This document shows, piece after piece, positions 1-11,443 of a DNA stretch of 64,000 bases. The notes beneath the pieces are model-generated. The model did no database searches. It had not been told where the DNA came from and worked only from the letters and a program-made list of their open reading frames with translations. A program made the translations under genes and the position numbers. Numbering within the stretch: position 1 is the first letter of the stretch; every line of letters begins with the position of its first letter. Source of the stretch: Leucobacter sp. UBA1945 (lineage in GTDB: Bacteria > Actinomycetota > Actinomycetes > Actinomycetales > Microbacteriaceae); NCBI GenBank assembly GCA_002336855.1, contig DDEV01000116.1:1039-65038 (forward strand). Reading direction: 5' to 3'.

Positions 1-24
1 AGCCAGGATCAAACTCTCCGTAAA
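1..24 (-). rRNA. rrs: 16S rRNA, 5' end only (gene continues beyond window start)
   Basis: Reverse complement reads ...ACGGAGAGTTTGATCCTGGCT, the universal 27F site; exact 5' end estimated. Confidence 0.95.
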
Positions 25-237
25 AAACAAAAAGCACCACACCAGCCGGAAAAAGACCAGCATGCTGCGAGTTTGACCTGACAAAAGTACGAACATCATT
101 ACTGACGTTCATATGTTTGTCCAAAAAGGAATCACCAACACCCACCAACCAAACAGTCAGCAGATGCCGGGGATAACACCACCACCCCCAAAAGAGATGA
201 TGGCTTAAATAATTGGCATTTGACAATCAAGTGCACA

Positions 238-255
238 CTATTGAGTTCTCAAGGA
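238..255 (-). promoter_or_regulatory. rrn leader boxA/processing-stem element
   Basis: Minus strand TCCTTGAGAACTCAATAG resembles the conserved actinobacterial rrn leader motif. Confidence 0.7.
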
Positions 256-368
256 CCAGACACCACCCGTACACAACCAACCCAATGGTTCTCCGAGAAG
301 CCGATCTTTACCTCATTGGCTCGAGCGCATTACCGAATAATGTTTCTCAAGAGCTTCGAGGCTTCCCC

Positions 369-397
369 AGCATAATACAAGCGACGAGTTGAAGCAA
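369..397 (-). promoter_or_regulatory. Candidate rrn promoter
   Basis: TTGCTT-N17-TATGCT on minus strand upstream of 16S. Confidence 0.6.
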
Positions 398-460
398 CTC
401 GCCGCCTTTGGGGAATTTCGGTGACATTTTCGCTTTCCGCGTTCCTGCCCACGAGGTATA

Positions 461-490
461 ACTATAGGACGGTTTTGGCCTAAGCCGCAA
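461..490 (-). promoter_or_regulatory. Candidate upstream rrn promoter
   Basis: TTGCGG-N18-TATAGT on minus strand. Confidence 0.5.
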
Positions 491-565
491 ACAAGGCCGA
501 AGCCCGGGCGTGTCGTAGTGTCGGGCCGTCAAATACCCGACCGCAGCGCACGCGGAGTGCGCGCG

Positions 566-631
566 TGTCGCAAAGCTGCGACAACACTGCGACAGGGCTG
601 CCACCCACTCCACCGCGCTGTTTTCTAGCGT
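566..631 (+). promoter_or_regulatory. Phased direct repeats plus -10 element; probable OmpR-family operator/promoter
   Basis: CTGCGACA at 576 and 587, CTGCCACC at 598 (11-bp period); TAGCGT at 626-631. Confidence 0.6.
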
Positions 632-706
632 GAGAGGTGCCGGTTTCGACAGAACCGCACCGCACACTCGCAGTTCGTCTGCGAGTATGAATTCAAGGAG
701 AAACAC

Positions 707-1234
707 ATGCACACCACACGTACCCCCGGCTCCCGAATCACCGCTCTCGCCGTATCTTCGCTCGCTCTTGCGTTCACGCTGACTGGCTGCGGCCTGCAGT
801 TCGTGCCCGATCAGAGTCAGAGTAAGCCCGCTGCGAGCGAGCAGCCACCGTCCGCCGAATCCCCCACCACGAAGAAGCCGAGCGCCGAAGATACAGGCGA
901 AGCGTCTGGCGCCGCCGCCAAACTGCGCGGAGAGTTCGAAGGCACCGCACAACGCGTGGTGAGCTGCCCAGACGGATCGCTCGAGATCAGCGACGTCGGC
1001 AGCGTGCTGCAGCTCGATTCGAATTGCTCCGAGCTCGTCGTATCTGGCTCCGGCGCCGTCGTGCTCGCCGAGAACGTCGACGCGCTGCATGTCAGTGGTG
1101 TCGGCTTGACTATCTTCGTCAAGGATCTCGGCTCGGCCGAAGTCACTGGCACCGGAAACACGGTGGTCTGGGAAGGCGGCACCGCGGTCATCGACAACAG
1201 CGGCACCGGCAATACCCTGCTGCCCGCGAACTGA
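707..1234 (+). CDS. Lipoprotein, DUF3060-like beta-repeat domain
   Basis: AAGGAG RBS, lipobox FTLTGC, S/P-rich linker, VSGSG/VTGTGN repeats. Confidence 0.75.
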   Translation: MHTTRTPGSRITALAVSSLALAFTLTGCGLQFVPDQSQSKPAASEQPPSAESPTTKKPSAEDTGEASGAAAKLRGEFEGTAQRVVSCPDGSLEISDVGSVLQLDSNCSELVVSGSGAVVLAENVDALHVSGVGLTIFVKDLGSAEVTGTGNTVVWEGGTAVIDNSGTGNTLLPAN

Positions 1235-1248
1235 AGGAGGAGAGCACC

Positions 1249-1536
1249 ATGACTTACACGCAGCATGCCTCCCCGGTTCAGCAGCAGCCTGCCGCTCCCC
1301 CATTGCCCGCTCCGACCGACGGCATGGCAATCGCCGCCTTCGTCTGCGCGCTGTGCGGGCTCGGCCTCATTCCGGTCGTGCTCGGCCACGTCTCGTTGCG
1401 GAGGATCAGCAGACAGGGCCTTCGCGGGCAGGGCTTCGCAATCGTCGCGCTGATCCTCGGATACCTAACGATCATCGCAGGCATCATCGGCCTGCTGCTC
1501 GTCGGCGGCGGGGTGCTCTGGGCAGTGAACAGCTGA
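1249..1536 (+). CDS. DUF4190-family small membrane protein
   Basis: GGAGG RBS; MAIAAFVCAL...LGHVSLRRI...G.G.AIVALILGY pattern; true start is inside ORF 1024..1536. Confidence 0.8.
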   Translation: MTYTQHASPVQQQPAAPPLPAPTDGMAIAAFVCALCGLGLIPVVLGHVSLRRISRQGLRGQGFAIVALILGYLTIIAGIIGLLLVGGGVLWAVNS

Positions 1537-2258
1537 TGCAGCAGGTGCCCGCTCAGACCGCGCGCGTGCTTCTCGTCGACGACGAGGACGCGATCACCTC
1601 GACTCTCGGCCCGTACCTCGAGCGGGCCGGCTTCGAGGTGATCGTCGCCCGCGACGGCGAAGAAGCGCTCCAGCGTCACTCAGAATCGGCCCCCGACATC
1701 GTCGTCTCGGACGTGCTGATGCCGGGGATCGACGGGCGCGAACTCGTGCGGCGGTTGCGCACCGCCGCAACCTGGACCCCCGTGATTCTTCTCACGCAGG
1801 TCGACGAAGCGTCTGAGCGGGCAGCCGCACTCGACGAGGGCGCCGATGACTACCTTGGAAAACCGTTCCTGCCCTCAGAGCTGCTCTCGAGGATCCGGGC
1901 GGTGCTGCGCCGAACCAGCGGCGGCCGCCCACTCTCGGCCTCGAACGCACTTGTGAGCGACCGCCTCGAACTCGATCGCACGGCTCGGCGTGTGCGCCTC
2001 GGCGGCGACCCCGTTGACCTGACACCCAAGGCGCTCGCCCTGCTCGATTACCTCATGGCGCACCCGACAGAGGTGCACTCGCGCGAGCACCTGCTTGCCA
2101 CCCTGTGGGGATTCGAGTTCGCCGTCACCACGCGGGCGGTCGATCATCGGGTCGCCGAGCTTCGGAGAGTGCTCGGCGAAGACGCAGCGCACCCCCGCTG
2201 GATCGAGACAGTGCAGGGGGCGGGCTACCGCTTTTGCGCAGAGGTGAGGTCGCGTTGA
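1536..2258 (+). CDS. OmpR/PhoB-family response regulator
   Basis: VLLVDDE, DVLMP, GADDYLGKPF, wHTH ending IETVQGAGYRF; TGATG coupling. Confidence 0.93.
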   Translation: MQQVPAQTARVLLVDDEDAITSTLGPYLERAGFEVIVARDGEEALQRHSESAPDIVVSDVLMPGIDGRELVRRLRTAATWTPVILLTQVDEASERAAALDEGADDYLGKPFLPSELLSRIRAVLRRTSGGRPLSASNALVSDRLELDRTARRVRLGGDPVDLTPKALALLDYLMAHPTEVHSREHLLATLWGFEFAVTTRAVDHRVAELRRVLGEDAAHPRWIETVQGAGYRFCAEVRSR

Positions 2259-3178
2259 GCTCGAGACTGCGCAGGGTGGTGACGATCCTCGCCCTCTGCA
2301 TACCCGCCATCATCGGGGCGATCGTGGCTGTCGCCATTGCCGCAGCTCACGTCAACGGAGCCCTGGTCTTCTCTCTCCCCCTCGCGACCATCGCGATCTC
2401 ATGCGGCATAGTCGGCTCGGCGGCACTCTGGGCTGGGCTCTCGATCAGCCGCGCGCTGCGCTCGGCGAACGCCGCCGGACACAGCGAGGGCGCGCGGCTT
2501 GAACGTGACGCCCACCGCCGCTTTCTCGCACGCCTCGATCACGAGCTGAAGAACCCGATCACCGCGATCCGGGCCGCCCTCGAAACCGAAAACGAACACT
2601 CGCCCGCGCTCGCCATCGCATCAGGGCAGGCAGATCGGCTGGCGACGCTGATCGGCGCGCTGCGCTCGCTCGCGGCACTCGAAGCCTCGGAGATCGAGCG
2701 AGTGCCCGTTGATCTTGCGGCAGTCGTGCGCGACGAGGTTGATGCGTTCGGCGCGGATCTCGTGGCTCGCGGGCTCGAGCGCACCATCAACGTGCAGTTG
2801 CCGACTGCACCGTGGCCGCTGCCCACGGTGCTGGGCGACGCCGACCTGCTCGCGGTTGCCGTGCGCAACCTGCTCGTGAACGCTGCAAAGTACTCGGATC
2901 AGGGAGCCCGCATCGAGGTGCGTGGCGCCGAAGACGCGGGAATCGTAGTCATCGAGGTAGCGGATACGGGTTGGGGCATCACTGCAGAGGATCTGCCCCA
3001 GGTGTGGGATGAGCTCTGGCGCAGCAGCGACGCGCGCAAGGTCGAGGGAAGCGGCCTCGGACTCTCGCTCGTTCGCGTTGTCGCGGAACAGCATGGCGGC
3101 GGCGTTTCGATCCGGTCGATCGCCGGTTCTGGAACAAGCGTGCGGCTGCAGCTGCCCGCGATCTCAGCCGCTCGATGA
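2255..3178 (+). CDS. Sensor histidine kinase
   Basis: Two TM helices, H-box HELKNP, NAAKYS, DTGWGI, GSGLGL; TTG start overlapping the regulator stop. Confidence 0.92.
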   Translation: MSSRLRRVVTILALCIPAIIGAIVAVAIAAAHVNGALVFSLPLATIAISCGIVGSAALWAGLSISRALRSANAAGHSEGARLERDAHRRFLARLDHELKNPITAIRAALETENEHSPALAIASGQADRLATLIGALRSLAALEASEIERVPVDLAAVVRDEVDAFGADLVARGLERTINVQLPTAPWPLPTVLGDADLLAVAVRNLLVNAAKYSDQGARIEVRGAEDAGIVVIEVADTGWGITAEDLPQVWDELWRSSDARKVEGSGLGLSLVRVVAEQHGGGVSIRSIAGSGTSVRLQLPAISAAR

Positions 3179-4489
<1,311 letters not shown>

Positions 4490-4525
4490 GCAAGCGGGCA
4501 GAGCTCGCGGTCGGCAGCGTTACCG

Positions 4526-5410
4526 CTAGGCGATCCCGAGCAGCACGCAACCCGAGAGCGCGATAGCGATGCCGACGACGAGCGGCGTCGAAAGCTTCTC
4601 TTTCAGAATGACCCAGGCAAGCAACACTGCGCTCACCGGGTACAACGCGCTGATCGCGCCGACGACCGCGAGCTGACCGGCCCAGAGCGCAAACATCAGC
4701 ACGATGTTGGCGCCGCCCTGCAGTGCGCCTGCGAGCAGCCCGAGCCCAATACCTCCGCGAACGCCCTGCGGCTCGGGCACGAAGAGGGCCAGTGACTCGA
4801 GCGAGCGCCTCAGCGAGGGCACAGCCCGCATGACGAGCACCAGCAGGGTGACGAGCACGAGCCCGCCCGCCATCTCGAGCCCGGGCGCGAGGACGCCCGA
4901 GCTCTCGGGCGCGAAGTCGAGCGCCACGACAGATAGCCCGAAGCCGACGCCGCCGATGACGGCGAGCACCACCGCGCGCAGACCGGCACCGCCCCAACCG
5001 CCCTCGGATGCGCCGACGATGACCGCTCCCGCGCCAGCAGCAAAGACGCCTACCCAGCCGATCATGGTGAGCTGCTCGCCCTTCCAGATCACCGCGACCA
5101 GCACGGGCACGACGACCTCGCAGGCCGCAACGATCGCCGTCACCACGCCGATCGGGGCAAGCGCAAGCCCAGCGTAGAAAGCGATGAACCCCACGGTTGC
5201 CCCAAGTGCGGCGATCAGCCCCGCAGACACTGCTTCGCCCGACCAGTCGGTTCCGATCACCGGCACGGCGATGAGCAGCAGCACGGTTGCTCCGAGAAAC
5301 GTGAGCAACGAGGCGTACAGCGCCCCGACTCGCCTTGAGGCAATGCCTGCGGAAAAGTCGGAGCCGCCCCAAACTGTCGCTGCAACGAGCGAAAGGAGAA
5401 CGCTCAGCAC
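4526..5410 (-). CDS. EamA/DMT-family transporter
   Basis: About 10 TM helices, WGGSDF start, LYPV...ILKEKLS end. Confidence 0.85.
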   Translation of the reverse strand: MLSVLLSLVAATVWGGSDFSAGIASRRVGALYASLLTFLGATVLLLIAVPVIGTDWSGEAVSAGLIAALGATVGFIAFYAGLALAPIGVVTAIVAACEVVVPVLVAVIWKGEQLTMIGWVGVFAAGAGAVIVGASEGGWGGAGLRAVVLAVIGGVGFGLSVVALDFAPESSGVLAPGLEMAGGLVLVTLLVLVMRAVPSLRRSLESLALFVPEPQGVRGGIGLGLLAGALQGGANIVLMFALWAGQLAVVGAISALYPVSAVLLAWVILKEKLSTPLVVGIAIALSGCVLLGIA

Positions 5411-5413
5411 GAG

Positions 5414-6166
5414 TTATCGGGTCGCAGGTGCGGTTTCGCGCACCTCTGCCGCGCGAATTCGCTTGATCACCCTGGTGGTGATCGGCAGCAAGACGACCTC
5501 TGCAAGCACCTTCACGACATAGCCGAGCACGATGTACATGACGAAGTCGATGCCAGTGATCACACCGGCGAAGGCGATGGTGCAGAAGATCAGCGTGTCG
5601 AAGAACTGCCCCACGAGCGTCGACGCGATCAGTCGAGTACGCAAGAAACGGCCTGAAGTGCGACGGCGCATGCGGTCGAGCACCCAGGCGTTCATCAACT
5701 GCCCGATGAGAAAGGCGATAAGGCTCGCGGCTACGATCCTCGGCACAAATCCGAGCACCGCCGCGAACGCCTCTTGGTTCTCCCACCCGCTTGCCGGCGG
5801 TGAGATCTGCACCACGAAGATGGTCAGCGACGCAACGAGCGCAAGACCGAATGCGGTGAAAATCGCGCGCCTCGAGGCCTTCAGCCCGTATACCTCTGCG
5901 AGCACGTCGCCGAGCACGTAGGCGAGCGGAAAGAGAAAGACTCCCCCGTCGAACACCATCGGCAGCGAAAACCCGCCGAGCGTGATCGCACCGAAGGCAA
6001 TCGGCTTCACCGCGACCACGTTCGAGATGAGCAGAATGCCAACGAACGTTGCCGAAATCGTCGCGTAGCGAGCCCCGGCTGCTGCAGCCCGAGCGCCAGG
6101 AGTCGCATACTGCGCAACGCCTCCGGTCTCGTCAGAGGTTGCGTGCTCGGTCACCTGTGTCTCCAT
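5414..6166 (-). CDS. yhhQ: Queuosine precursor transporter (YhhQ/QPTR)
   Basis: SNVVAVK, FPLAYVLGDVLAEVYG, ASLIAFLIGQ, STLVGQFFDT motifs; next to tgt. Confidence 0.9.
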   Translation of the reverse strand: METQVTEHATSDETGGVAQYATPGARAAAAGARYATISATFVGILLISNVVAVKPIAFGAITLGGFSLPMVFDGGVFLFPLAYVLGDVLAEVYGLKASRRAIFTAFGLALVASLTIFVVQISPPASGWENQEAFAAVLGFVPRIVAASLIAFLIGQLMNAWVLDRMRRRTSGRFLRTRLIASTLVGQFFDTLIFCTIAFAGVITGIDFVMYIVLGYVVKVLAEVVLLPITTRVIKRIRAAEVRETAPATR

Positions 6167-6178
6167 GTCGAGTATCGG

Positions 6179-7708
6179 TTATGCCGAGTGGTCTGCGAGG
6201 TATGCCACGAGCTTCTTCAGACGCGCGAGTGTCTCGTCGCGCCCGAGCAGTTCGAACGATTCGAACAGCGGCGGCGACACGCGGCGACCGGATGCGGCAA
6301 CGCGCAGCGGGCCAAAGGCCAAACGCGGCTTCAGCTCAAGGCGCTCGATGAGTGCGGTCTGCAGCACGCCCTGGATCGTCTCGGTGAACCAGTTCTGATC
6401 GCCGATCTGCTCGAGCGCAGCAATGCTCGCTTCGAGCGTGTGACCGGCATCTGCTCCGAGCGACTTCAGCGCGTCGTCTTGGTACTCGAGCGCTGCGGTG
6501 CTCGTGAACAGGAATCCCATCATGCCCACGACCTCGCTCAGCACCGTGACTCGGCTCTGCACCAGGGGCACGGCCGCCTGCACAGTGGCGAGCTGCTGAG
6601 CGCTCGGTTCAACGGGAAGCGCGCCGCCCGCAATCAGGTACGGCAGAATGCGTTGACCGAAATCAGCCTCGCTGAGCAGGCGAATGTGGTCGGCGTTGAT
6701 CGAGTCGGCCTTCTTCTGGTCGAAGCGCGCGGGGTTCGGGTTCACATCGGTGACGTCGAACGCTGCGACCATCTCGTCGCGGGTGAACACGTCGCGATCG
6801 GCCGCGAGCGACCAGCCCAACAGCGAAAGGTAGTTGAGCAGCCCCTCGGGAATGAAGCCGCGATCGCGGTGGTGCAGCAGGTTCGACTCGGGGTCGCGCT
6901 TCGAAAGCTTCTTGTTACCCTCACCCATGACGTACGGCAGGTGGCCAAAGCGCGGGATCGCCTGCTCAATGCCGAGCTCGACGAGGGCGCGGTGCAGCGC
7001 AATTTGGCGCGGGGTCGACGAGAGCAGGTCTTCGCCACGCAGCACGTGGGTGACTCCCATGAGCGCATCGTCGACCGGGTTCGTCAACGTGTAGAGCGGT
7101 GCTCCGTTCGGGCGCACCACCACGAAGTCGATTGTGCTGCCGGCGGGAAAGTTGATCTCGCCGCGCACGAGGTCGTCGAAGCCGAGGTCGATCTCGGGAA
7201 TGCGGAACCGCAGCGCGGGCTCGCGGCCCTCGGCGCGGAACGCGGCCTTCTGCTCGTCGGTCAGGTCGCGGTCGTAGTTGTCGTAGCCGAGCTGCTTCGG
7301 GCGCCCCGCAGCCTCGTTGCGGGCATCGATCTCTTCTGCGGTCGAGTAGCTCTCGTAGAGGTAGCCGGCAGCGAGCAGGCGATCCGCGATCTCGCGATAG
7401 ATCTCGCCGCGCTGCGACTGGCGGTACGGCTCGTGCGGGCCACCGACGTCGATGCCCTCGTCCCAGTCGAGGCCAAGCCAGCGCAGTGAGTCGAGAATCT
7501 GACCGTAGCTCTCTTCGCTGTCGCGAGCGGCATCGGTATCTTCGATGCGAAACACGAACGTGCCGCCGGTGTGACGCGCGTAGGCCCAGTTGAACAGGGC
7601 GGTGCGCACCATGCCGACGTGCGGCGTGCCGGTGGGTGAGGGGCAGAAGCGCACGCGCACATCGTTGCCGGTCGCGGTCGAGAACTGAGGATCGGTGACT
7701 GTAGACAT
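6179..7708 (-). CDS. gltX: Glutamate--tRNA ligase
   Basis: [11 protein letters not shown] (HIGH), RIEDTD, KKLSKR, full anticodon-binding domain. Confidence 0.97.
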   Translation of the reverse strand: MSTVTDPQFSTATGNDVRVRFCPSPTGTPHVGMVRTALFNWAYARHTGGTFVFRIEDTDAARDSEESYGQILDSLRWLGLDWDEGIDVGGPHEPYRQSQRGEIYREIADRLLAAGYLYESYSTAEEIDARNEAAGRPKQLGYDNYDRDLTDEQKAAFRAEGREPALRFRIPEIDLGFDDLVRGEINFPAGSTIDFVVVRPNGAPLYTLTNPVDDALMGVTHVLRGEDLLSSTPRQIALHRALVELGIEQAIPRFGHLPYVMGEGNKKLSKRDPESNLLHHRDRGFIPEGLLNYLSLLGWSLAADRDVFTRDEMVAAFDVTDVNPNPARFDQKKADSINADHIRLLSEADFGQRILPYLIAGGALPVEPSAQQLATVQAAVPLVQSRVTVLSEVVGMMGFLFTSTAALEYQDDALKSLGADAGHTLEASIAALEQIGDQNWFTETIQGVLQTALIERLELKPRLAFGPLRVAASGRRVSPPLFESFELLGRDETLARLKKLVAYLADHSA

Positions 7709-7732
7709 CGCCACCTAGTTTAGCGCTGCTCG

Positions 7733-9073
7733 CTACCGGCTTTCGGCAAGCTGGATCGCACGGCGCTTCGTGGCGCTGATCTGCATCGAGGCGATCGCCC
7801 CAAGTGCGAGCAGGGCGCTCGTCGCGATCGCGAGAAACGTGAAGTCGCCGATCGCGAAGATAATGCCTGAGAGCACTCCCGCCACCGCGCCAGCAGCGCT
7901 CATGAAGGTGTCAGAGCGCCCTTGCCAGATGGGCCGCTCGGCGCTCGGCGTGATCGAGGTGAGCAGCGCGGCGCCCGCAACTGTAACTAGGCCCCAGCCG
8001 ACACCGACGAGCGTCAGTGCGACCTGCACGAGCGCGTGCGACGGGCCGGCGAGCGCGGCGAGCACTACCGCAACGAGCAGCACGACCCAGCCGATGGTGA
8101 TGGTCGGCAGGCTGCCGATGCGCCCGGCCAAGAACCCGAACAGTGGCGACAGTGCATACATGCCGGCGATGTGCAGCGACAGCGTGAAACCCACGATCTC
8201 GGGAGTTCCCTCGTGATGCATCAGGTGTAGCGGAGTCATCGCCATGAGCGCGACCATGATCGCCTGGGCCATGGCGATCGAGAAGATGGTGAGCACCTGC
8301 GACCGGCGCATCGCGGCGTGCGGCTGCACGATGGTGCCGGTGTCGGTTCGAGCGCCCCCGGTGGTCGGACGCGCGGTATCAGCGGTGTCGGGCAGGGTAG
8401 CTTCTGCGGCCTCGGCTGCCTCGGCCTCGCGCGCGCTACTGATCGCGCGGGCAGCGAGCAAGGGATCGGGCCGCAATCCCCACCAGTTCACCATCACGGC
8501 GAGCGCCTGCGCGATGATCGGGAACACGAAGACGCCGGCGAGCGGCGTGAGGCCGAGCACCTCGCCCATCGCCGCACCTGGAGCGAGCAGGTTGGGGCCG
8601 ACGACTGCGCCGACGGTGATCGACCACACTACGAGCGAGAGGTCGCGCGCACGATTCGCCGGCACTGCGAGGTCGGTTGCGGCGAAGCGCGACAGCAGCT
8701 GTACCGAGCTTGCGACGCCGAGCAGCGCAATGCCCGCTGCCAATACCCACCACTGCCCGATCACGGTGCCGAAGATGGCGACGAAGGCGCCGAGCATGGC
8801 GACGAAACTGCCGCCGACGAGCGCAACGCGGCGTCCGCGTTTCGCAGCGATTCGCGCAAGAGGAATGCCGGCAGCCGCAGCGCCCGCGTTGAACATCGCA
8901 GAGGCGAGCCCCGAGATCGCGTCGCTGCCGCTCACCTCGGCGAGCAGGAGCGCCCCGACCGAAAGCGAGGCACCGACGCCGAGGCCGCCGAGAATGGTCG
9001 CGGTAGAGAGCACTAGCAGCGTGCGCCGCTGCGCCGCCTTCTGTCCTTCTGCCGTCAGAACCGCCGCACTCAC
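7733..9073 (-). CDS. MFS transporter
   Basis: About 12 TM helices, KRGRR motif A, RFAATDLA; GTG start overlaps LysR stop. Confidence 0.88.
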   Translation of the reverse strand: MSAAVLTAEGQKAAQRRTLLVLSTATILGGLGVGASLSVGALLLAEVSGSDAISGLASAMFNAGAAAAGIPLARIAAKRGRRVALVGGSFVAMLGAFVAIFGTVIGQWWVLAAGIALLGVASSVQLLSRFAATDLAVPANRARDLSLVVWSITVGAVVGPNLLAPGAAMGEVLGLTPLAGVFVFPIIAQALAVMVNWWGLRPDPLLAARAISSAREAEAAEAAEATLPDTADTARPTTGGARTDTGTIVQPHAAMRRSQVLTIFSIAMAQAIMVALMAMTPLHLMHHEGTPEIVGFTLSLHIAGMYALSPLFGFLAGRIGSLPTITIGWVVLLVAVVLAALAGPSHALVQVALTLVGVGWGLVTVAGAALLTSITPSAERPIWQGRSDTFMSAAGAVAGVLSGIIFAIGDFTFLAIATSALLALGAIASMQISATKRRAIQLAESR

Positions 9074-10020
9074 GCGGCTGCCTCGAGGTTCCACCGGTTG
9101 CCGTCGATGCGCGAGAGCAGCCGCTTGCACAATCGCACCTGTGGGCTTTCATTCGCCGTGCTCATCGACACCAAACCGATCGTGCGATAGCGCGGCGGAT
9201 CGAGCGGCAGCGCAACCGCGTCATCGGGCAGCGTGCGCGCAGCAGCGAGCGCAAGGCCCGGCACCATGGCGACCGCCCCGCCAGCCGCGGCCATCGCAAG
9301 CATTGCGGGCACGTTGTCGGTCTCTTGAATGATCTCGGGCTCGAAGCCGCACTCAGCCGCAGCCGCCATGAGGTGCCCACGACATTTCTCGCAGCCGGCG
9401 ATCCAGTGCTCACCTGCGTAGTCGCCCAATTGGGCCGCGTCCAAACCGGCCGCGCGATCCTCGCTCACCACAAGGCTCACCGTTTCGCGCCACAGCGGGG
9501 TGAAGGTGCTGCCTGCAGGGAGCTCTGCAGCGCCCGCATAATCGAAGATCAGCGCGCAGTCGACCTCGCCGTCGCGCAGCATCGCCACCGCAGCCGGAGG
9601 CTCGGCCTCTCGGTACTGCAACGACACATCGGGAGCCTCGCTCGCGAGCAGGCGCATAATGGCGGGTACAATCGTCGCGCTCGCGCTCGGAAACGCGACG
9701 AGCCGCAGCGCTCCCCCGCGCTCACCGCGCAGATCGTCGATCGCAGCGAGCGCCGCGTCGATTTCTGCAACGACGGTTCGCGCATGGTCGGCGAGAATGT
9801 TGCCGGCCGTCGTGAGGCGAATGCCCCGCCCTTGGCGCTCGATCAGCGGCACCGCGAGCCGCGTCTCGACTCGCTTGATGCGCTGGCTCACGGCGGGTTG
9901 GCTCAAGCCGAGACTCGCCGCAGCAGACGTCAACGAGCCCGTGGTCGCGAGCGCATGCAGGATGCGCATCTCGGTCGAGTCGATCGCTCCAAGAGGATCA
10001 GCGGTGCGGGTGGTGCTCAT
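9070..10020 (-). CDS. LysR-family regulator
   Basis: GSLTSAAASLGLSQPAVSQRIKRVE HTH; substrate domain with WIAGCEKC. Confidence 0.93.
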   Translation of the reverse strand: MSTTRTADPLGAIDSTEMRILHALATTGSLTSAAASLGLSQPAVSQRIKRVETRLAVPLIERQGRGIRLTTAGNILADHARTVVAEIDAALAAIDDLRGERGGALRLVAFPSASATIVPAIMRLLASEAPDVSLQYREAEPPAAVAMLRDGEVDCALIFDYAGAAELPAGSTFTPLWRETVSLVVSEDRAAGLDAAQLGDYAGEHWIAGCEKCRGHLMAAAAECGFEPEIIQETDNVPAMLAMAAAGGAVAMVPGLALAAARTLPDDAVALPLDPPRYRTIGLVSMSTANESPQVRLCKRLLSRIDGNRWNLEAAA

Positions 10021-10071
10021 TCCCCCACTATAAGCGATGGGAATGAAACACGCACCTTCTATTGATTAGGC

Positions 10072-11379
10072 TTATTCGTTGTTAGCCGCAGCGAATGCCG
10101 CGGCGTCGGCCTTGTCTTGCTCTGAGGCAACCAGTTGCCCGCAGGCCCCGTCGATCTCTTTGCCACGCGTGTCGCGCAGCGTGGTCGGGATGCCGGCTGC
10201 ATTCAGGCGATCGACGAACTCGCGCGTCACTTCACGAGTCGAGCTCGTCCAGACCGAACCAGGTGTCGGGTTCAGCGGAATCGGGTTCACGTGCACCCAG
10301 CCACGGCCGCGAGCGTTCAGTTTGTCAGCCAGCAGCTCGGCACGCCACGCGTGGTCGTTCATGTCTTTGATCAGCGCATACTCGATCGAGACGCGACGGC
10401 CCGTGCGGTCGAAGTAGGCGCGAGCGGCGTCGAGCACCTCGTCGACCTTCCAGCGGCTGTTCACGGGAATCAATTCGTCGCGCAGCTGATCGTCGGGCGC
10501 GTGCAGTGAGAGCGCGAAGGTCACCGGAATGTTCTCGTCGGCGAGCTTTCGGATCGCCGGGGCGAGGCCCACGGTCGACACCGTGATGCCACGCGCGCTC
10601 ATGCCGAGCCCCTCCGGGGCGTCTGCCGCCATGCGGTGCACTGCAGTCATCACGCGCTTGTAGTTCGCGAGCGGCTCGCCCATGCCCATGAACACGATGT
10701 TGTTGACTCGCTCCGCCTCGGCTCCGTTGCCCTCTTCGCGAGCACGGCCAAGCCCTCCCTCAGCGATCACCCGGTTCGCCTGCACGACCTGGTCGAGAAT
10801 CTCGGCGGTAGACATGTTACGAGTGAGGCCAGCCTGGCCGGTCGCACAGAAGGGGCAGTTCATGCCGCAGCCGCACTGGCTTGAGACGCAGAGGGTGATG
10901 CGCCCCGGGTATCGCATCAGCACCGACTCCACGAGCGCCCCGTCGAAGAGGCGCCACAGAAACTTGATGGTTGCGCCGTCATCGGTCACGAGGCGTTTCA
11001 CCTCGGTGAGCAAGGGCGGAAAGAAGGCCTCGGCGAGATCGTCGCGGCGATCCTTCGGTAGATCCGTCATCTTCGCCGGGTCGCTCGTGTAGTGCTCGAA
11101 ATAGTGCTTCGACAACTGCTTGGCGCGAAACTTCGGCAACCCGAGCTCGACTACCTTCGCCTCGCGCTCCTCAAGCGTCATGTCGGCGAGATGCTGCGGC
11201 GGCTGCTTCACGCGCGGCGAGGCGAACTGCAGCGTCGGTCGACCGTCGGGGCCGGTGAGCTGCGTCCAGCCCTCGGTGCGCGGGCGCGTTTGCGGCCTGG
11301 CCTCAGCGCTTCTCGGGCGCGTGCGAATCAACTTGCCCTGTTCGGGCTGGTTCTCGTGATTGAGCTTATTGGGATCCAC
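10072..11379 (-). CDS. rlmN: 23S rRNA m2A2503 methyltransferase RlmN
   Basis: CGMNCPFC radical SAM motif, MGMGEP, SLHAP, ACGQL. Confidence 0.95.
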   Translation of the reverse strand: MDPNKLNHENQPEQGKLIRTRPRSAEARPQTRPRTEGWTQLTGPDGRPTLQFASPRVKQPPQHLADMTLEEREAKVVELGLPKFRAKQLSKHYFEHYTSDPAKMTDLPKDRRDDLAEAFFPPLLTEVKRLVTDDGATIKFLWRLFDGALVESVLMRYPGRITLCVSSQCGCGMNCPFCATGQAGLTRNMSTAEILDQVVQANRVIAEGGLGRAREEGNGAEAERVNNIVFMGMGEPLANYKRVMTAVHRMAADAPEGLGMSARGITVSTVGLAPAIRKLADENIPVTFALSLHAPDDQLRDELIPVNSRWKVDEVLDAARAYFDRTGRRVSIEYALIKDMNDHAWRAELLADKLNARGRGWVHVNPIPLNPTPGSVWTSSTREVTREFVDRLNAAGIPTTLRDTRGKEIDGACGQLVASEQDKADAAAFAAANNE

Positions 11380-11443
11380 CTAACCATTCTCTCAGGAAAT
11401 GCTGAGTCGCCTCTCATCCCCGGCAAGGAAGCGACCGAGCGTC

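Noticed and set aside
6167-6178. preQ1 riboswitch upstream of yhhQ
   Set aside because: Only 12 nt separate gltX and yhhQ; there is no room and no motif.
6179-7708. gltX as glutamyl-queuosine synthetase GluQ because of the neighbouring Q genes
   Set aside because: It is full length with an anticodon-binding domain and sits in the normal gltX region; GluQ lacks that domain.
10072-11379. Cfr-type resistance methyltransferase
   Set aside because: Sequence and N-terminal extension fit housekeeping actinobacterial RlmN, and there is no mobile context.
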